Shown one piece after another: positions 1-9,449 of a DNA stretch of 58,335 bases. The DNA is taken from positions 1 to 58,335 of IMG/VR virus record IMGVR_UViG_3300048578_000131; one strand, given 5' to 3'. The DNA is from a virus (taxonomy: Duplodnaviria > Caudoviricetes). The translations under genes and the position numbers were made by a program. The notes under the pieces are model-generated. The model was not told the DNA's origin and ran no database searches. It was given only the letters and a program-made list of their open reading frames with translations. The stretch's first letter is position 1; each line of letters begins with the position of its first letter.

Positions 1-138
1 ACTCGAAAGCGGCACGCTCGTTCTGGAAGTGTGGAGCGCTGAGAACCGACTTGGCCATAACCGAAATCCCCGAAATCTGCGGAGATTCTAGGTTTAGCCA
101 TTGGGTATGTCAAGTGTAACGTCGCCATATTTTCTCGC

Positions 139-166
139 TTGACATTATTAGCCAGCAGGCTAATAT
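139..166 (+). promoter_or_regulatory. Sigma70-like promoter overlapped by a palindromic operator
   Basis: TTGACA (139-144), 16 bp, TAATAT (161-166); perfect inverted repeat TATTAGCC-agca-GGCTAATA (146-165). Confidence 0.7.
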
Positions 167-199
167 GACCACCGTCAAGAGCGATCGACGCTCGCCGAT

Positions 200-529
200 A
201 TGGAGATGACAATGGCCGAATGGCAAACCGTCACAGCCAACAGTAATCTGATCCAGCACGAGAGTGATCACTCGGTTTTGATCAAGCTGCCGGGATCGAA
301 GTTGAAGTTCTGGCACCCGAAGAAACTGGTTCGTCAGTCAGGCAGGGGCGGCTATCGCATCACGATCTCTTTCACAGGCGAGTGGACGTTTAAGGTGTTC
401 CGCAGCGGCGAAGGCCGGTTCAATCGCCGCGAGATTCTGGAAGAGAAGCAGCTTTCGGCGGCAGAGTTCGCAGCTTATTTCAATAAGCCAGAGACGGCGG
501 ACGAGGCTTCGGAAGATGACGCAAGTTAA
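200..529 (+). CDS. Hypothetical protein, first gene of the IbrAB-like operon
   Basis: ORF just downstream of the promoter, overlapping the next gene; true start may be a few codons later, after GGAG. Confidence 0.7.
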   Translation: MEMTMAEWQTVTANSNLIQHESDHSVLIKLPGSKLKFWHPKKLVRQSGRGGYRITISFTGEWTFKVFRSGEGRFNRREILEEKQLSAAEFAAYFNKPETADEASEDDAS

Positions 530-779
530 GGTCCGATACCACGACATCATCGCCAGAACAGATGCCGGTACCCTGTTTCTTTTCTCCGAAAAAGAGGCGT
601 GGGTGCCGAACAGGTACTTCCGATACAGCGAAGGACGCAATATCGTCATGCCACTTTGGCTGGCAGATAAGAAGGGCCTGCGCTATCGGCCGTTACTGCA
701 CATCCCTGAGACGATGACGCCAGTCGTGAACCAGAGCCCGATCGATGAGCTTAGATACGATCCAGAGCGCGGCGATTGA
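516..779 (+). CDS. Hypothetical protein
   Basis: Overlaps both neighbours in a compact operon. Confidence 0.65.
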   Translation: MTQVKVRYHDIIARTDAGTLFLFSEKEAWVPNRYFRYSEGRNIVMPLWLADKKGLRYRPLLHIPETMTPVVNQSPIDELRYDPERGD

Positions 780-1974
780 GAAGCTGTCGCGGCTTCGCGC
801 CGGCGCCTTGTTCATGAAAATGGGCACCGGCAAGACCCGCGTTGCGATCAAGCTGGCGGAGAGCCGCCAGCACGACTTCGCGGTCCTGATCTGGATCGCG
901 CCGGCGAGCCTGCTCGCGGACGCCGATTATCACGCAGAGATTGTGAAGTGGTCGAACAACCTGCGAGTGCCGATTGCATTCTTTTCGACAGAAGGAATCA
1001 GTCTCAGCGACGGCAAGTACCTAGAGCTACGCAATCTCGCTGAGAGCACCAAGTCGTTCTGCGTTGTCGACGAATCGCTCGACATCAAGAATGCCGAAGC
1101 AGGTCGTACTGCGCGGCTTCTGGCGCTGCGTGACCTGTTCGCATTCAGGCTCATACTGAACGGCACTCCGATCACCAAGGGCCTGATCGACTTCTATGCG
1201 CAGATCACATTTTTGTCCGGCAATATTCTTGGTATGAAGGAAAGCCAGTTCGCCTATCAGTTTTTAGAATATAGGCGGGAAGGCCGCAGGCCGTGGATGC
1301 GGTGGAGCCGACCGGCGAATGAGGCGGCGCTGATCGAGATCATCCGTCCCTACATCTTCGATGCGGACCTTGATATTGATGCTGAGTTGTGCGGGCCGAA
1401 GACCGTTAATCTGCGTTTATCTAATTCTGAGGCAGCGGCTTACGCGGACTTCAAACGTGAATTCTTGGAAAAGAATCCATTCTGCTCCTTTCTTGCGACC
1501 GCACAGGCATTCCAGTCGTTCTACACGCTATCGGCATCGAAACTGGAACACTTGCGGGACACTCTTCCAAGAGACCGGAAGTCCCTCATTTTTGTAAAAT
1601 TCCTGGATGAAGTCGATGCGTTGACGAACATGTTTCCTGACGCATCTGTTATGACCGGACGCGGGCGGCAGCATATCGCCGCATTCAAGCGCGACCGCGA
1701 CGTGCTGATCAGCACCTACGGCACAGGAAGTCGCGGGCTCAATCTTCAGCACGCTACGAACATCGTATTTTTCAGTCAAACTTTCAATTGGATGCATAAG
1801 GTGCATGGGCTCTACAGAGCATATCGCACCGGCCAGACCGAGCCTGTAACGGCCAGTGATTATCGGCTCGATACCGGGCTGGAAAACATCATGGCTCTGA
1901 GCGAGCATAGGAAGGAGAACACCGCGAAGAACGTCAATGCTTTCATCAAAGCCAACGGAGCTGAGGCACTATGA
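745..1974 (+). CDS. SNF2-like superfamily 2 helicase/ATPase
   Basis: Walker A MGTGKT, Walker B VVDES, motif III LNGTP, motif V SRGLNLQ, motif VI RAYRTGQ. Confidence 0.88.
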   Translation: MSLDTIQSAAIEKLSRLRAGALFMKMGTGKTRVAIKLAESRQHDFAVLIWIAPASLLADADYHAEIVKWSNNLRVPIAFFSTEGISLSDGKYLELRNLAESTKSFCVVDESLDIKNAEAGRTARLLALRDLFAFRLILNGTPITKGLIDFYAQITFLSGNILGMKESQFAYQFLEYRREGRRPWMRWSRPANEAALIEIIRPYIFDADLDIDAELCGPKTVNLRLSNSEAAAYADFKREFLEKNPFCSFLATAQAFQSFYTLSASKLEHLRDTLPRDRKSLIFVKFLDEVDALTNMFPDASVMTGRGRQHIAAFKRDRDVLISTYGTGSRGLNLQHATNIVFFSQTFNWMHKVHGLYRAYRTGQTEPVTASDYRLDTGLENIMALSEHRKENTAKNVNAFIKANGAEAL

Positions 1975-3005
1975 TCGCGGCGTTCATTTCTGCGGATGGC
2001 CAAGCCAGAAAGGCGAAGATCAACGCCTTTTTGGAATCCACCAAGCCGAAGCTTGTGATCTACGTCTGCCCACAGAGCATTATGTGGCAGGCCGCAGCGA
2101 TCGAGCGCCCTGTTTATGCTGCGCCATTCGAGAAGATGGAGGCGCGCGAGCAGTGGCTGACGATGCACGCGATGGCCGGGCCGGATACGGCTCTGATTAT
2201 GGAGTGTGTCGCCCGCTATCCGAAAATCACGTCCACGAAATTCGCGCACCTGCAGCGGCTCAGCCAGCAAGTCGGCCATAAGTTCTGGACCGATGTTGTA
2301 CCGTTCACGCTCGGCATCGAATACATCTACACGCCGCTCAGCTACCTTGATCGCTCAGTCCTTGGCTTCCCGCACTGGTATGCATTCCGCGAGGCGTTCG
2401 ATGAGATCGACCACGACGGCAAACAGGTTTCGTCACATGACCCCGGGTTGATCGCACGCAAGGTGTCGAGGGTGATCGAATGGGGCCGCAGATCGATCGT
2501 TGCGGATCACCGTGTTGTGATGGCGAAATCGAGCGAGGTGGAATCAGCGAAGTACCAGGACACGAAGGTCAAGGTATTTGCCAACTTCGCCTCGCCGACG
2601 AAAGCGATCACTGTGCTGGCCGATGTTGCCCACGCCTTCAAGAGTCGGCGCGAACTTACCGCCGAAGTGGCCAACAGCATGGACCGGCCGCTGGTGCTAA
2701 CGAACCTTGCCAGCTACGCAACGAAGCTACAGCCCATGCTCACGACGGGCCAAGCCAGGTCGCTCGCGCTCGGCGCCGCAGAACAGGACATCGGACGCTT
2801 TTCTGATGTAGTCTATGCCGAGAGCCCCATCGTCAAGAGCTACCTTGCCTTCGACATCGAAGCGCAATTGCCGCCCGATGCGAAGGCGATCCTCATCGCA
2901 TCTGAGATGAAGGTGGATGCACTGCTTCGCGACCGCTTCCTGACAGAGCGCGGCGAGATCAACGCCGTCACGGCCGCCGCCATGGAGATGCGCGATGCCG
3001 CGTAA
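1971..3005 (+). CDS. Hypothetical protein, possibly a degenerate helicase-like partner
   Basis: 344 aa, ATGA overlap with the helicase gene; no intact Walker A seen. Confidence 0.6.
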   Translation: MIAAFISADGQARKAKINAFLESTKPKLVIYVCPQSIMWQAAAIERPVYAAPFEKMEAREQWLTMHAMAGPDTALIMECVARYPKITSTKFAHLQRLSQQVGHKFWTDVVPFTLGIEYIYTPLSYLDRSVLGFPHWYAFREAFDEIDHDGKQVSSHDPGLIARKVSRVIEWGRRSIVADHRVVMAKSSEVESAKYQDTKVKVFANFASPTKAITVLADVAHAFKSRRELTAEVANSMDRPLVLTNLASYATKLQPMLTTGQARSLALGAAEQDIGRFSDVVYAESPIVKSYLAFDIEAQLPPDAKAILIASEMKVDALLRDRFLTERGEINAVTAAAMEMRDAA

Positions 3006-4065
3006 GGTCTACACCCAAGAATTGGTTATCGATGCCGCTCAGCGCAGGATCGCGATGATCTTTGATCGCTTTGATCGCGTCGTCGTCTCGATCTCTGGAG
3101 GCAAGGACAGCACGGTCCTGCTGGAACTGGCCCGCCGCGAGGCCGTGAAACGCGGCAGGACCGTGACGGCGTTCTTCCTCGACCAGGAGGCCGAATATGC
3201 TGCAACGATCGAACACGTCCGCTTCCAGATGAACCAGCCCGGCATCGCGCCGGAGTGGCATCAAGTGCCTATCCGCATGACCAATGCCACGACCTACGGT
3301 GAGGCATTCCTGAATGCGTGGTGGCCCGGAGAGACATGGATGCGAGAGCGCGAGCCTGACAGCATCCACGAGGCTACAGGAGCGCCCGACAGGTTTTATC
3401 CATTCTTCGATTGGTACGAAGGCCAACAGCCGGAACGCACATGCTCACTTGTCGGGCTCCGAGCCGAAGAAAGCCTGAACCGATACCGTGCTGTGACAAA
3501 GAGCCCAGCATTGGATGGCATCCCATGGTCTTCAAAAGGCAATGGGGTTGTGAAGCTATACCCGCTCTACGACTGGGCCTTTGAGGACATCTGGACGTTT
3601 CTAGGCAAGGAGAATGTGCCGTACAACAAGGCCTATGACTATATGTGGGCAAAGGGGTTCGGGATCGCGCAGATGCGGGTGTCGAACCTGATCCACGAAA
3701 TTTCGATGCGCGCCCTGCCGCACTTGCAGGAGTTTGAGCACGACACGTTCGAGGCGCTGAACAAGCGGCTGGACGGCATCCATACCGCGGCACTATATGC
3801 CGACGAGGCATCGGTCTATCGCGCTGCGGTCCTGCCGGAGGCTTACGCGTCGTGGCGGGCCTATCGAGACTTCCTGCTCGACACGATGCCGATCGACCGG
3901 TCAGCGTTCGACACTCGCTTCGCTGATCAGCCGCAGGACGAAGATACATACCGTCAGCAATGCAGACAGGTGCTGATCAATGATTGGGAGAACAACGTCC
4001 CGGTCAGAAAAAGCAGCGCAGCGACAAAGGAAGAGGTCGCAGCAAAATGGATGGAATTGCTATGA
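2995..4065 (+). CDS. PAPS reductase-family protein (IbrA/YbdN-like)
   Basis: PP-loop VSISGGKDS, FLDQEAEY, VGLRAEESLNR, YPLYDW, MRVSNL. Confidence 0.88.
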   Translation: MPRKVYTQELVIDAAQRRIAMIFDRFDRVVVSISGGKDSTVLLELARREAVKRGRTVTAFFLDQEAEYAATIEHVRFQMNQPGIAPEWHQVPIRMTNATTYGEAFLNAWWPGETWMREREPDSIHEATGAPDRFYPFFDWYEGQQPERTCSLVGLRAEESLNRYRAVTKSPALDGIPWSSKGNGVVKLYPLYDWAFEDIWTFLGKENVPYNKAYDYMWAKGFGIAQMRVSNLIHEISMRALPHLQEFEHDTFEALNKRLDGIHTAALYADEASVYRAAVLPEAYASWRAYRDFLLDTMPIDRSAFDTRFADQPQDEDTYRQQCRQVLINDWENNVPVRKSSAATKEEVAAKWMELL

Positions 4066-4703
4066 CGCCGAACATCAAGAGACTGGCGCTTGAACTGGCG
4101 CAGGAGATCGAGAGACTACCAGAGGTCGAGGAAAAGGTCGAGGCGCTGAACGGCGCTCGCCAACTGTTGCACGATGTATCGCCGTTCAAGGCCGAGCCGG
4201 TGGATTTCGTGAAGTGGGTGCCCGCCGAGTCCCTAGCATCCAACGACTACAACCCCAACAAGGTTGCCACGCCAGAAATGGACCTGCTCTACAAGAGCAT
4301 CAAGTCAGACGGGTACACGCAGCCCGTGGTCGCGTTCCCGCTGTCGTCCGACCTGTCGGCGATTGTGGACGGCTTCCATCGCTTTTCGACCGGCGTCCGG
4401 CGGAAAGACATCAACACTCGCGTGCATGGATATCTGCCGGTGACGCATATCGACAAGCCGCTGCATGAACGCATGGCTTCGACCATCCGGCACAACCGCG
4501 CGCGCGGCAAGCATCAGGTCGAGTTGATGAGCACATTGGTCGTCAGGATGCACAACGAGGGACAGACGGATATTGAGATTGCCAAGGCGCTAGGCATGAC
4601 AGCCGATGAACTGATCCGCCTTAAGGCACAGACCGGCATAGCGGCCCTATATGCGAATGAGCCATACTCTCGCTCATGGGTGACTGCCGATGATGAAGCC
4701 TGA
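4062..4703 (+). CDS. ParB/Sulfiredoxin-domain protein (IbrB/YbdM-like)
   Basis: NDYNPNKVATPEM, DGYTQPVV, IVDGFHR, STIRHNRARGKH, C-terminal HTH (EIAKALGM); ATG overlaps the previous stop. Confidence 0.9.
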   Translation: MTPNIKRLALELAQEIERLPEVEEKVEALNGARQLLHDVSPFKAEPVDFVKWVPAESLASNDYNPNKVATPEMDLLYKSIKSDGYTQPVVAFPLSSDLSAIVDGFHRFSTGVRRKDINTRVHGYLPVTHIDKPLHERMASTIRHNRARGKHQVELMSTLVVRMHNEGQTDIEIAKALGMTADELIRLKAQTGIAALYANEPYSRSWVTADDEA

Positions 4704-5088
4704 GATCGGCGAACCATGCAATGGCTGCGGCCTGTGCTGCCGAATTCGTGTCTGCGGCACAGGCTCTTTCGCGCTTGGACTGGTCGAGCGATACGGCGAG
4801 CGCGTCGACGGACCCTGCCCGGCCCTCGAACAACAAGGCGTCTCCTTTACTTGCGGCCTCGTTGCGCGACCGAAGTATTACATGCCCGCCAACCCGCGCG
4901 GCGTCACCGTGCTGCGAGAAGCTGTTAAACTGATGATTGGAGCCGGCGCCGGATGCGACGAGGCCGGCGACGAACCGGACGACATCGCCACGCCGAAGAT
5001 TCGCGCGGTGCTGGAACGCTACATGGCACGCGTCGACCGCCGAGCCATGCAGAAAGCCGCCGAGACCCTGTTCGGACCACGCCGATGA
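4690..5088 (+). CDS. Cys-rich metal-binding protein (CxxCxxCC type)
   Basis: PCNGCGLCC...CPAL...CGL motif. Confidence 0.7.
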   Translation: MMKPEIGEPCNGCGLCCRIRVCGTGSFALGLVERYGERVDGPCPALEQQGVSFTCGLVARPKYYMPANPRGVTVLREAVKLMIGAGAGCDEAGDEPDDIATPKIRAVLERYMARVDRRAMQKAAETLFGPRR

Positions 5089-5300
5089 CAGCCAACGAAC
5101 TATATGACATCCGCCAGCGCCTCGGCCTAAGTCTTTATGATTTCGGACGGGCGCTCGGCTACGAGGGCAACCGCAATACGGTACAGGTTGCCATCAGCCG
5201 TTACGAGCGCGGCGACCGCGACATCCCTCCATGGATTGCAAGATTGGCGCTGATGTTTGACCGGCACGGTATTCCGGACGCCTTTCTGAATCACGACTAA
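5085..5300 (+). CDS. XRE-family HTH regulator
   Basis: IRQRLGLSLYDFGRALG...ISRYERG; ATGA overlap. Confidence 0.8.
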   Translation: MTANELYDIRQRLGLSLYDFGRALGYEGNRNTVQVAISRYERGDRDIPPWIARLALMFDRHGIPDAFLNHD

Positions 5301-5531
5301 ACCCGAAGGGATCAGCCCAGCCGCCCGTCCACCGTGATATCGTAGCCCTTTCCGGGTCCGATTCCATCTGGCATGGAGGGTCTATACCACACATGGCCAA
5401 GCGACTTGTCCGTGCTACCAAGATTAAAAACCAGTATCTGGTGACGGTTCAGAACAAGACGACGAACCGGACACGCCGGGTGGCGATTTCGTCGTTCTGG
5501 ATTGCGAATTCGCGGCATGGGGCTGAAATCA

Positions 5532-5570
5532 GAAAGGCCGCCGCCCCTCCGACGGTTGCGGCGGCCTTTC
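5532..5570. terminator. Bidirectional intrinsic terminator between convergent operons
   Basis: Perfect 13-bp stem GAAAGGCCGCCGC / GCGGCGGCCTTTC with T-rich tails. Confidence 0.75.
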
Positions 5571-5607
5571 CTTCTTTCCCCCGGAAAGCTCCTTTGCGGA
5601 GGAAAAC

Positions 5608-5904
5608 CTATTGGGATCGTGTCATGCGCTCGATCCGATCGACGCGGGCACCGAGCGCATTGAGGCGCTCGTCCTGCCGCGCGGTGATGACCACCACGTC
5701 CGTCAACCGCGAGACAGACGACGCAACATCGCCAGCGGTGCGCTCGACTGTCACCATGCGGCTCTCAAGCTTGTCGATGTCGCCCTTCATGGCGTAATAG
5801 GCCGCCACCGCCATGCCGACGAACGACAGTATGGAGAGCACATGACCGAGATTGACAGTCGGATCGAATCTTGGGCGCGGGATATCGTTCATTGTCATCC
5901 ACAT
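5608..5904 (-). CDS. Small membrane and coiled-coil protein (lysis region)
   Basis: One TM segment (VNLGHVLSILSFVGMAVAAY) followed by a coiled coil. Confidence 0.7.
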   Translation of the reverse strand: MWMTMNDIPRPRFDPTVNLGHVLSILSFVGMAVAAYYAMKGDIDKLESRMVTVERTAGDVASSVSRLTDVVVITARQDERLNALGARVDRIERMTRSQ

Positions 5905-5941
5905 GAACCTGTAACGTAGAAGGGCCGGACACGGTTCACGC

Positions 5942-6142
5942 TCACTTCGAACAATCCGCTCGGTAGGCCGCAGCGATCCGGTTCATGTATCTCGTGCTCT
6001 CAGGCGTATCCTTGCGCGACGGCTTGAGCGCACCGCCGGCCTGCCTCACCACCTGACAGAACGGAGCCTTGCCGGTCGGAGCGGCATGCGGAAGCGTGCA
6101 GGTCATGTAGGCAATGCCGAGCGCGAAGCCGATGCAGGTCAC
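5942..6142 (-). CDS. Small protein, possible outer spanin-like
   Basis: Position in the lysis cassette, hydrophobic N-terminus, Cys residues. Confidence 0.45.
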   Translation of the reverse strand: MTCIGFALGIAYMTCTLPHAAPTGKAPFCQVVRQAGGALKPSRKDTPESTRYMNRIAAAYRADCSK

Positions 6143-6354
6143 AGCTCGCCCCGCATAACACGCTCGTAGCGCGCCACAGCTTCGCCTCTGGTGAGGTCAG
6201 GATGTTCCAGCATCAATTCGCCGACAACCCAAGACTTTCGCTGGGCATCACGGTGCGCTCGCTTCTGCTCCGGCGTCAACGCGTCGAAAGCGGCGCGCGC
6301 ATCCTGCACTAATTGAGCCAGGTGGGGTGGGTCTTTAAGCGGCCGGATAAGCAT
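6139..6354 (-). CDS. Hypothetical protein
   Basis: Operon-coupled ORF. Confidence 0.55.
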   Translation of the reverse strand: MLIRPLKDPPHLAQLVQDARAAFDALTPEQKRAHRDAQRKSWVVGELMLEHPDLTRGEAVARYERVMRGEL

Positions 6355-6357
6355 ATC

Positions 6358-6555
6358 TCAGTCCCTATATTCAATCGGCTTCTTGTCGGATTCATCGATT
6401 GCCGCCCGCGTTCTTGCGAGCGCATCGTCTTCCTGTTTCTGCCCGGCGATCACCGCGGCATCCCGCCCCGCCTGCCGGTCATCCGCGGATCGCTTCCATG
6501 AGAAGAAATCGCGAATGACACCGAGCAGGGCGACAATCGCCTGCAGCCAGGTCAT
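6358..6555 (-). CDS. Membrane-anchored protein, possible inner spanin-like
   Basis: N-terminal hydrophobic helix followed by a charged helical tail. Confidence 0.5.
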   Translation of the reverse strand: MTWLQAIVALLGVIRDFFSWKRSADDRQAGRDAAVIAGQKQEDDALARTRAAIDESDKKPIEYRD

Positions 6556-7070
6556 TTGCAGGAGGCCTGCGCCTGTTTCACCGCATTGGCGACAGTCGAG
6601 AAATAGTTGCCAACCACGTCATCGGTGAGCAGCGACTGGTTCCTGCAGATCGCTTCGACCCCTGCGCGGAGCTTCGACACCTTCGTCTGACATGTCGCGT
6701 TGACGGTCGCCGCCTCCTGCTCCGCAAGGCCGATGGCGTTGCATCCGACCCGGATGCCCTCGCGGACCTCCACGAGCGTGGAGCGCACCTGACCCATGAA
6801 GGCCATGGCCTTCGCAAGCCCGTCCTGGATGGACGTGCAGCCGCCGAGCAGGAGCGGCGCGATGATGACGAAGGCGAGCACCGGCGCGATCGGCGGGACA
6901 CCCTTGCCTTTCCGCTCCTGATAAAGCCACCAGCCGAAGGCAACGATGCTGACCACACCGCCGATCGCGGCCTGATACAGGTCACCGTCGGCCACGCTTT
7001 TGCCGAGGAACAGCGCGCCGGCATTGTAGAGAGCAATACGGATGAGTTGCTGGATCACGCTCCAGTCCAT
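6552..7070 (-). CDS. Putative holin with a lipobox-like C-terminal extension
   Basis: MDWSVIQQLIRIALY with two TM helices, then a third hydrophobic stretch ending LLGGC. Confidence 0.6.
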   Translation of the reverse strand: MDWSVIQQLIRIALYNAGALFLGKSVADGDLYQAAIGGVVSIVAFGWWLYQERKGKGVPPIAPVLAFVIIAPLLLGGCTSIQDGLAKAMAFMGQVRSTLVEVREGIRVGCNAIGLAEQEAATVNATCQTKVSKLRAGVEAICRNQSLLTDDVVGNYFSTVANAVKQAQASCK

Positions 7071-7178
7071 GGGATCACCTGTTGTGTTTGGAGATGTGGG
7101 CCGGATGCCGTCCGGCGCGGGAATAGCTGGCCTCACTGAGAGGCCGCACGCGTCCACCAAGGCGGGCGCGGGGATATG

Positions 7179-7925
7179 TCAGGCGGCGAGGGTTTTCACC
7201 GCATCGATATAGGCCGCATGCACGGCGCCATCGTCATCGATCCAGGTATGCGGCATCGCGAGCGGCGTGACTTTCCACTTGCCGTAATAACCCTGCCCCT
7301 TGCGCACGGCGTAGCCGCCGAGCTGCAGCGGCAGCGTGTTGTAATAGGCGATGGTGTTGTAGACGTTGCCGGGAATCGTCGGGCAACCGAACGGCGTCGG
7401 ATCGACCGGACCGCACAGCGCCATCGGCTTGCCGTTGCCGTTCATCAGGTTCGCGACCTTCACAGCGGCGTCGGCGCCCATCGAATGACCGATGCAGCTG
7501 ACATGGCTGTAGCCCCCCTTCAGCGCACCTTCGAGCGCCGCCTGAATGTCATCGGTCATCGAATAGAACAGGCCGTAATTGTCGACGGTCGCGACCACGC
7601 CGGGGATGGCATTGAGCTTCTTCGCCAGCGCATCCATGCCAAGCGAGAATCCGAACGGAGCATCACCCAGCTTGCCGCGCACGAGGATGATCCGGACCTT
7701 GCGTGACGGCACCCTGGTCGAACCGCCGGCAGAAAGCCGCTTTACTTCGGCATCGGTCTTCGGACCATAGATGCCATCCGGCACCAGTCCCTGCCGCGAT
7801 TGAAACGCGATCAGCGCCTGCCGCGAGGCGTAGCCGAAGATCCCGTCAACGACAAGATTGGTGCCGGGCGCGCGCTCATTGAGGAATGCCTGCAGGCTGC
7901 GCACCTGCGCGTTGGTGAGGGTCAT
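7179..7925 (-). CDS. Peptidoglycan-binding domain plus alpha/beta-hydrolase-like protein
   Basis: VDGIFG...FQSRQGLVPDGIYGPKT (PG_binding_1); GHSMG nucleophile elbow; C-terminal His (MPHTWID). Confidence 0.8.
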   Translation of the reverse strand: MTLTNAQVRSLQAFLNERAPGTNLVVDGIFGYASRQALIAFQSRQGLVPDGIYGPKTDAEVKRLSAGGSTRVPSRKVRIILVRGKLGDAPFGFSLGMDALAKKLNAIPGVVATVDNYGLFYSMTDDIQAALEGALKGGYSHVSCIGHSMGADAAVKVANLMNGNGKPMALCGPVDPTPFGCPTIPGNVYNTIAYYNTLPLQLGGYAVRKGQGYYGKWKVTPLAMPHTWIDDDGAVHAAYIDAVKTLAA

Positions 7926-8452
7926 GCGGCGACCCTCCGGCTTGCCCATTGCGACGAAATCGAACGGACCTCAGCGATGCGGCGGCCCCATCCCTTGCCA
8001 AACACCAGCCAAGTATTGAGGCCCTTCACGAAGGCCAGCCGCACATCGCACAGTTGCGACGCAACGTTCTCCGGCTTACGAGCCCGGACGGCCTTGAGCG
8101 TGACAGGGCCGATCTTGCCATCCTGCGGCACGCCGACGATGCGCTGCAAGTACTTCGCCGCGCGCGACGGGCCGCTGTTCACCGCGAAGTCGAACACAGC
8201 ATAATCGACACCGGATGGCAGCTCGGCGCCGAGTACGGCGTCCCAATAGTGCCGCCGATAAACGACAGCGATTTGCGCATCGGTGATCCGGCGCAGATCG
8301 GCCTTGGTCGCGCCCGGCTTCACGAAGCGGCGAAAGTTCGCGAGCGTGACGCCCTTCATCGTGGCGCCGCCGGGATCGGATGGATGATCTGACCAGCCAC
8401 CCTCATGCTTGAGGACGAGTTTCAACGCCTCTGCGAAATTCTCCGATGCCAT
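7922..8452 (-). CDS. Endolysin, glycoside hydrolase family 108
   Basis: HEGGWSDHPSDPGGATMKGVT, FDFAVNSG, FGKGWGRR. Confidence 0.93.
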   Translation of the reverse strand: MASENFAEALKLVLKHEGGWSDHPSDPGGATMKGVTLANFRRFVKPGATKADLRRITDAQIAVVYRRHYWDAVLGAELPSGVDYAVFDFAVNSGPSRAAKYLQRIVGVPQDGKIGPVTLKAVRARKPENVASQLCDVRLAFVKGLNTWLVFGKGWGRRIAEVRSISSQWASRRVAA

Positions 8453-8475
8453 ATCAGTTCTCCGATTTTGGAAAT

Positions 8476-8940
8476 TCAGAACAGTCGCTGCGGAACGAAG
8501 ATGCAGCGCGTATTCGCACCCTGATGCTTCACCCAGCTATTCGATGGCTGGTCATAGTCGCAGGCGCAGCGATAGAACTTGCCGTCAGGCGACCAGCCCG
8601 TTCGTTTGCGGACCTGCCCGGTAGAGCGCACGCGCCATTCGTCATCCGGGAGCGAGACCAACTCACGCTCCTGAACTTCCCAGCAGCAATCGTTGGTGAC
8701 GCAGCAGGTTGCCGGGATCCAGGACAGAAGCCACGGATTGGAATGGCGGTCATCACCGCGCGCGCTATCGATACTCATGGCGATAATAAGACACACAATC
8801 GCAATTGGTATGCCGAAGCGCGCAAAGCTCGCATATTGCGATCCGTTCATGCCCATCTCTAAAACCGAGCAGAAAAAACAAACGATCGCGACAAACACGC
8901 AGATCACGAATATCCAATCGAGCATGGGCGTCACCATCAT
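8476..8940 (-). CDS. Membrane-anchored Cys-rich hypothetical protein
   Basis: Two TM segments, then CC...CC...CAC...RCIF. Confidence 0.55.
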   Translation of the reverse strand: MMVTPMLDWIFVICVFVAIVCFFCSVLEMGMNGSQYASFARFGIPIAIVCLIIAMSIDSARGDDRHSNPWLLSWIPATCCVTNDCCWEVQERELVSLPDDEWRVRSTGQVRKRTGWSPDGKFYRCACDYDQPSNSWVKHQGANTRCIFVPQRLF

Positions 8941-9425
8941 CGCCGCCGCTTCCGCGCCGATGCGTAGCCCTTCCCGCAAAAAGACGCGCCGCTCTGGCCG
9001 GTGTTGAAATGCACATGGCCCATATTGCAATACGTCATCACGAACACGCCCTGCGACCGGAGGAAGGCAATCGCTTCACCCTTGCGGCGCGTGTTGAAAT
9101 CGACGGCGCGTCCGATGGCGTGCTTGCTCTGCCGGTTGGTTCCGGCGATCTTCGCGCCCGGCCGACATGTCGAAATGACCTGCACCTTGCCGATGCGGGC
9201 TTCCAGACGATTCAGAACCGCCCGCGTATCGCCGGTCAGACAGGACCGCGATGCAGACGCCCTGGCGTAGCCCTGCACCGTGCCGCGCGATCGAACTGGT
9301 GCCAACTTGGCACTAGTTGCCCCCTGCGCGAATTTGTTCCAAGGCCCCTGGAACATATCCCATTGGGCAAAAGCGGGAGACGCCACGCACGCCAGAGCGC
9401 ACGCGAGCAGGATCGCTCGGAGCAT
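8937..9425 (-). CDS. Secreted peptidase M15-family (D-Ala-D-Ala type) protein
   Basis: Signal peptide; ISTCRPG, SKHAIGRAVDF, HVH zinc motif. Confidence 0.82.
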   Translation of the reverse strand: MLRAILLACALACVASPAFAQWDMFQGPWNKFAQGATSAKLAPVRSRGTVQGYARASASRSCLTGDTRAVLNRLEARIGKVQVISTCRPGAKIAGTNRQSKHAIGRAVDFNTRRKGEAIAFLRSQGVFVMTYCNMGHVHFNTGQSGASFCGKGYASARKRRR

Positions 9426-9449
9426 GGATACCTCTATGTTTTCAGATGA

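Noticed and set aside
2995-4065. Sulfate-assimilation cysH or a canonical dnd cluster
   Set aside because: The context is ParB plus helicase; no cys genes or dndA/B/D/E recognised.
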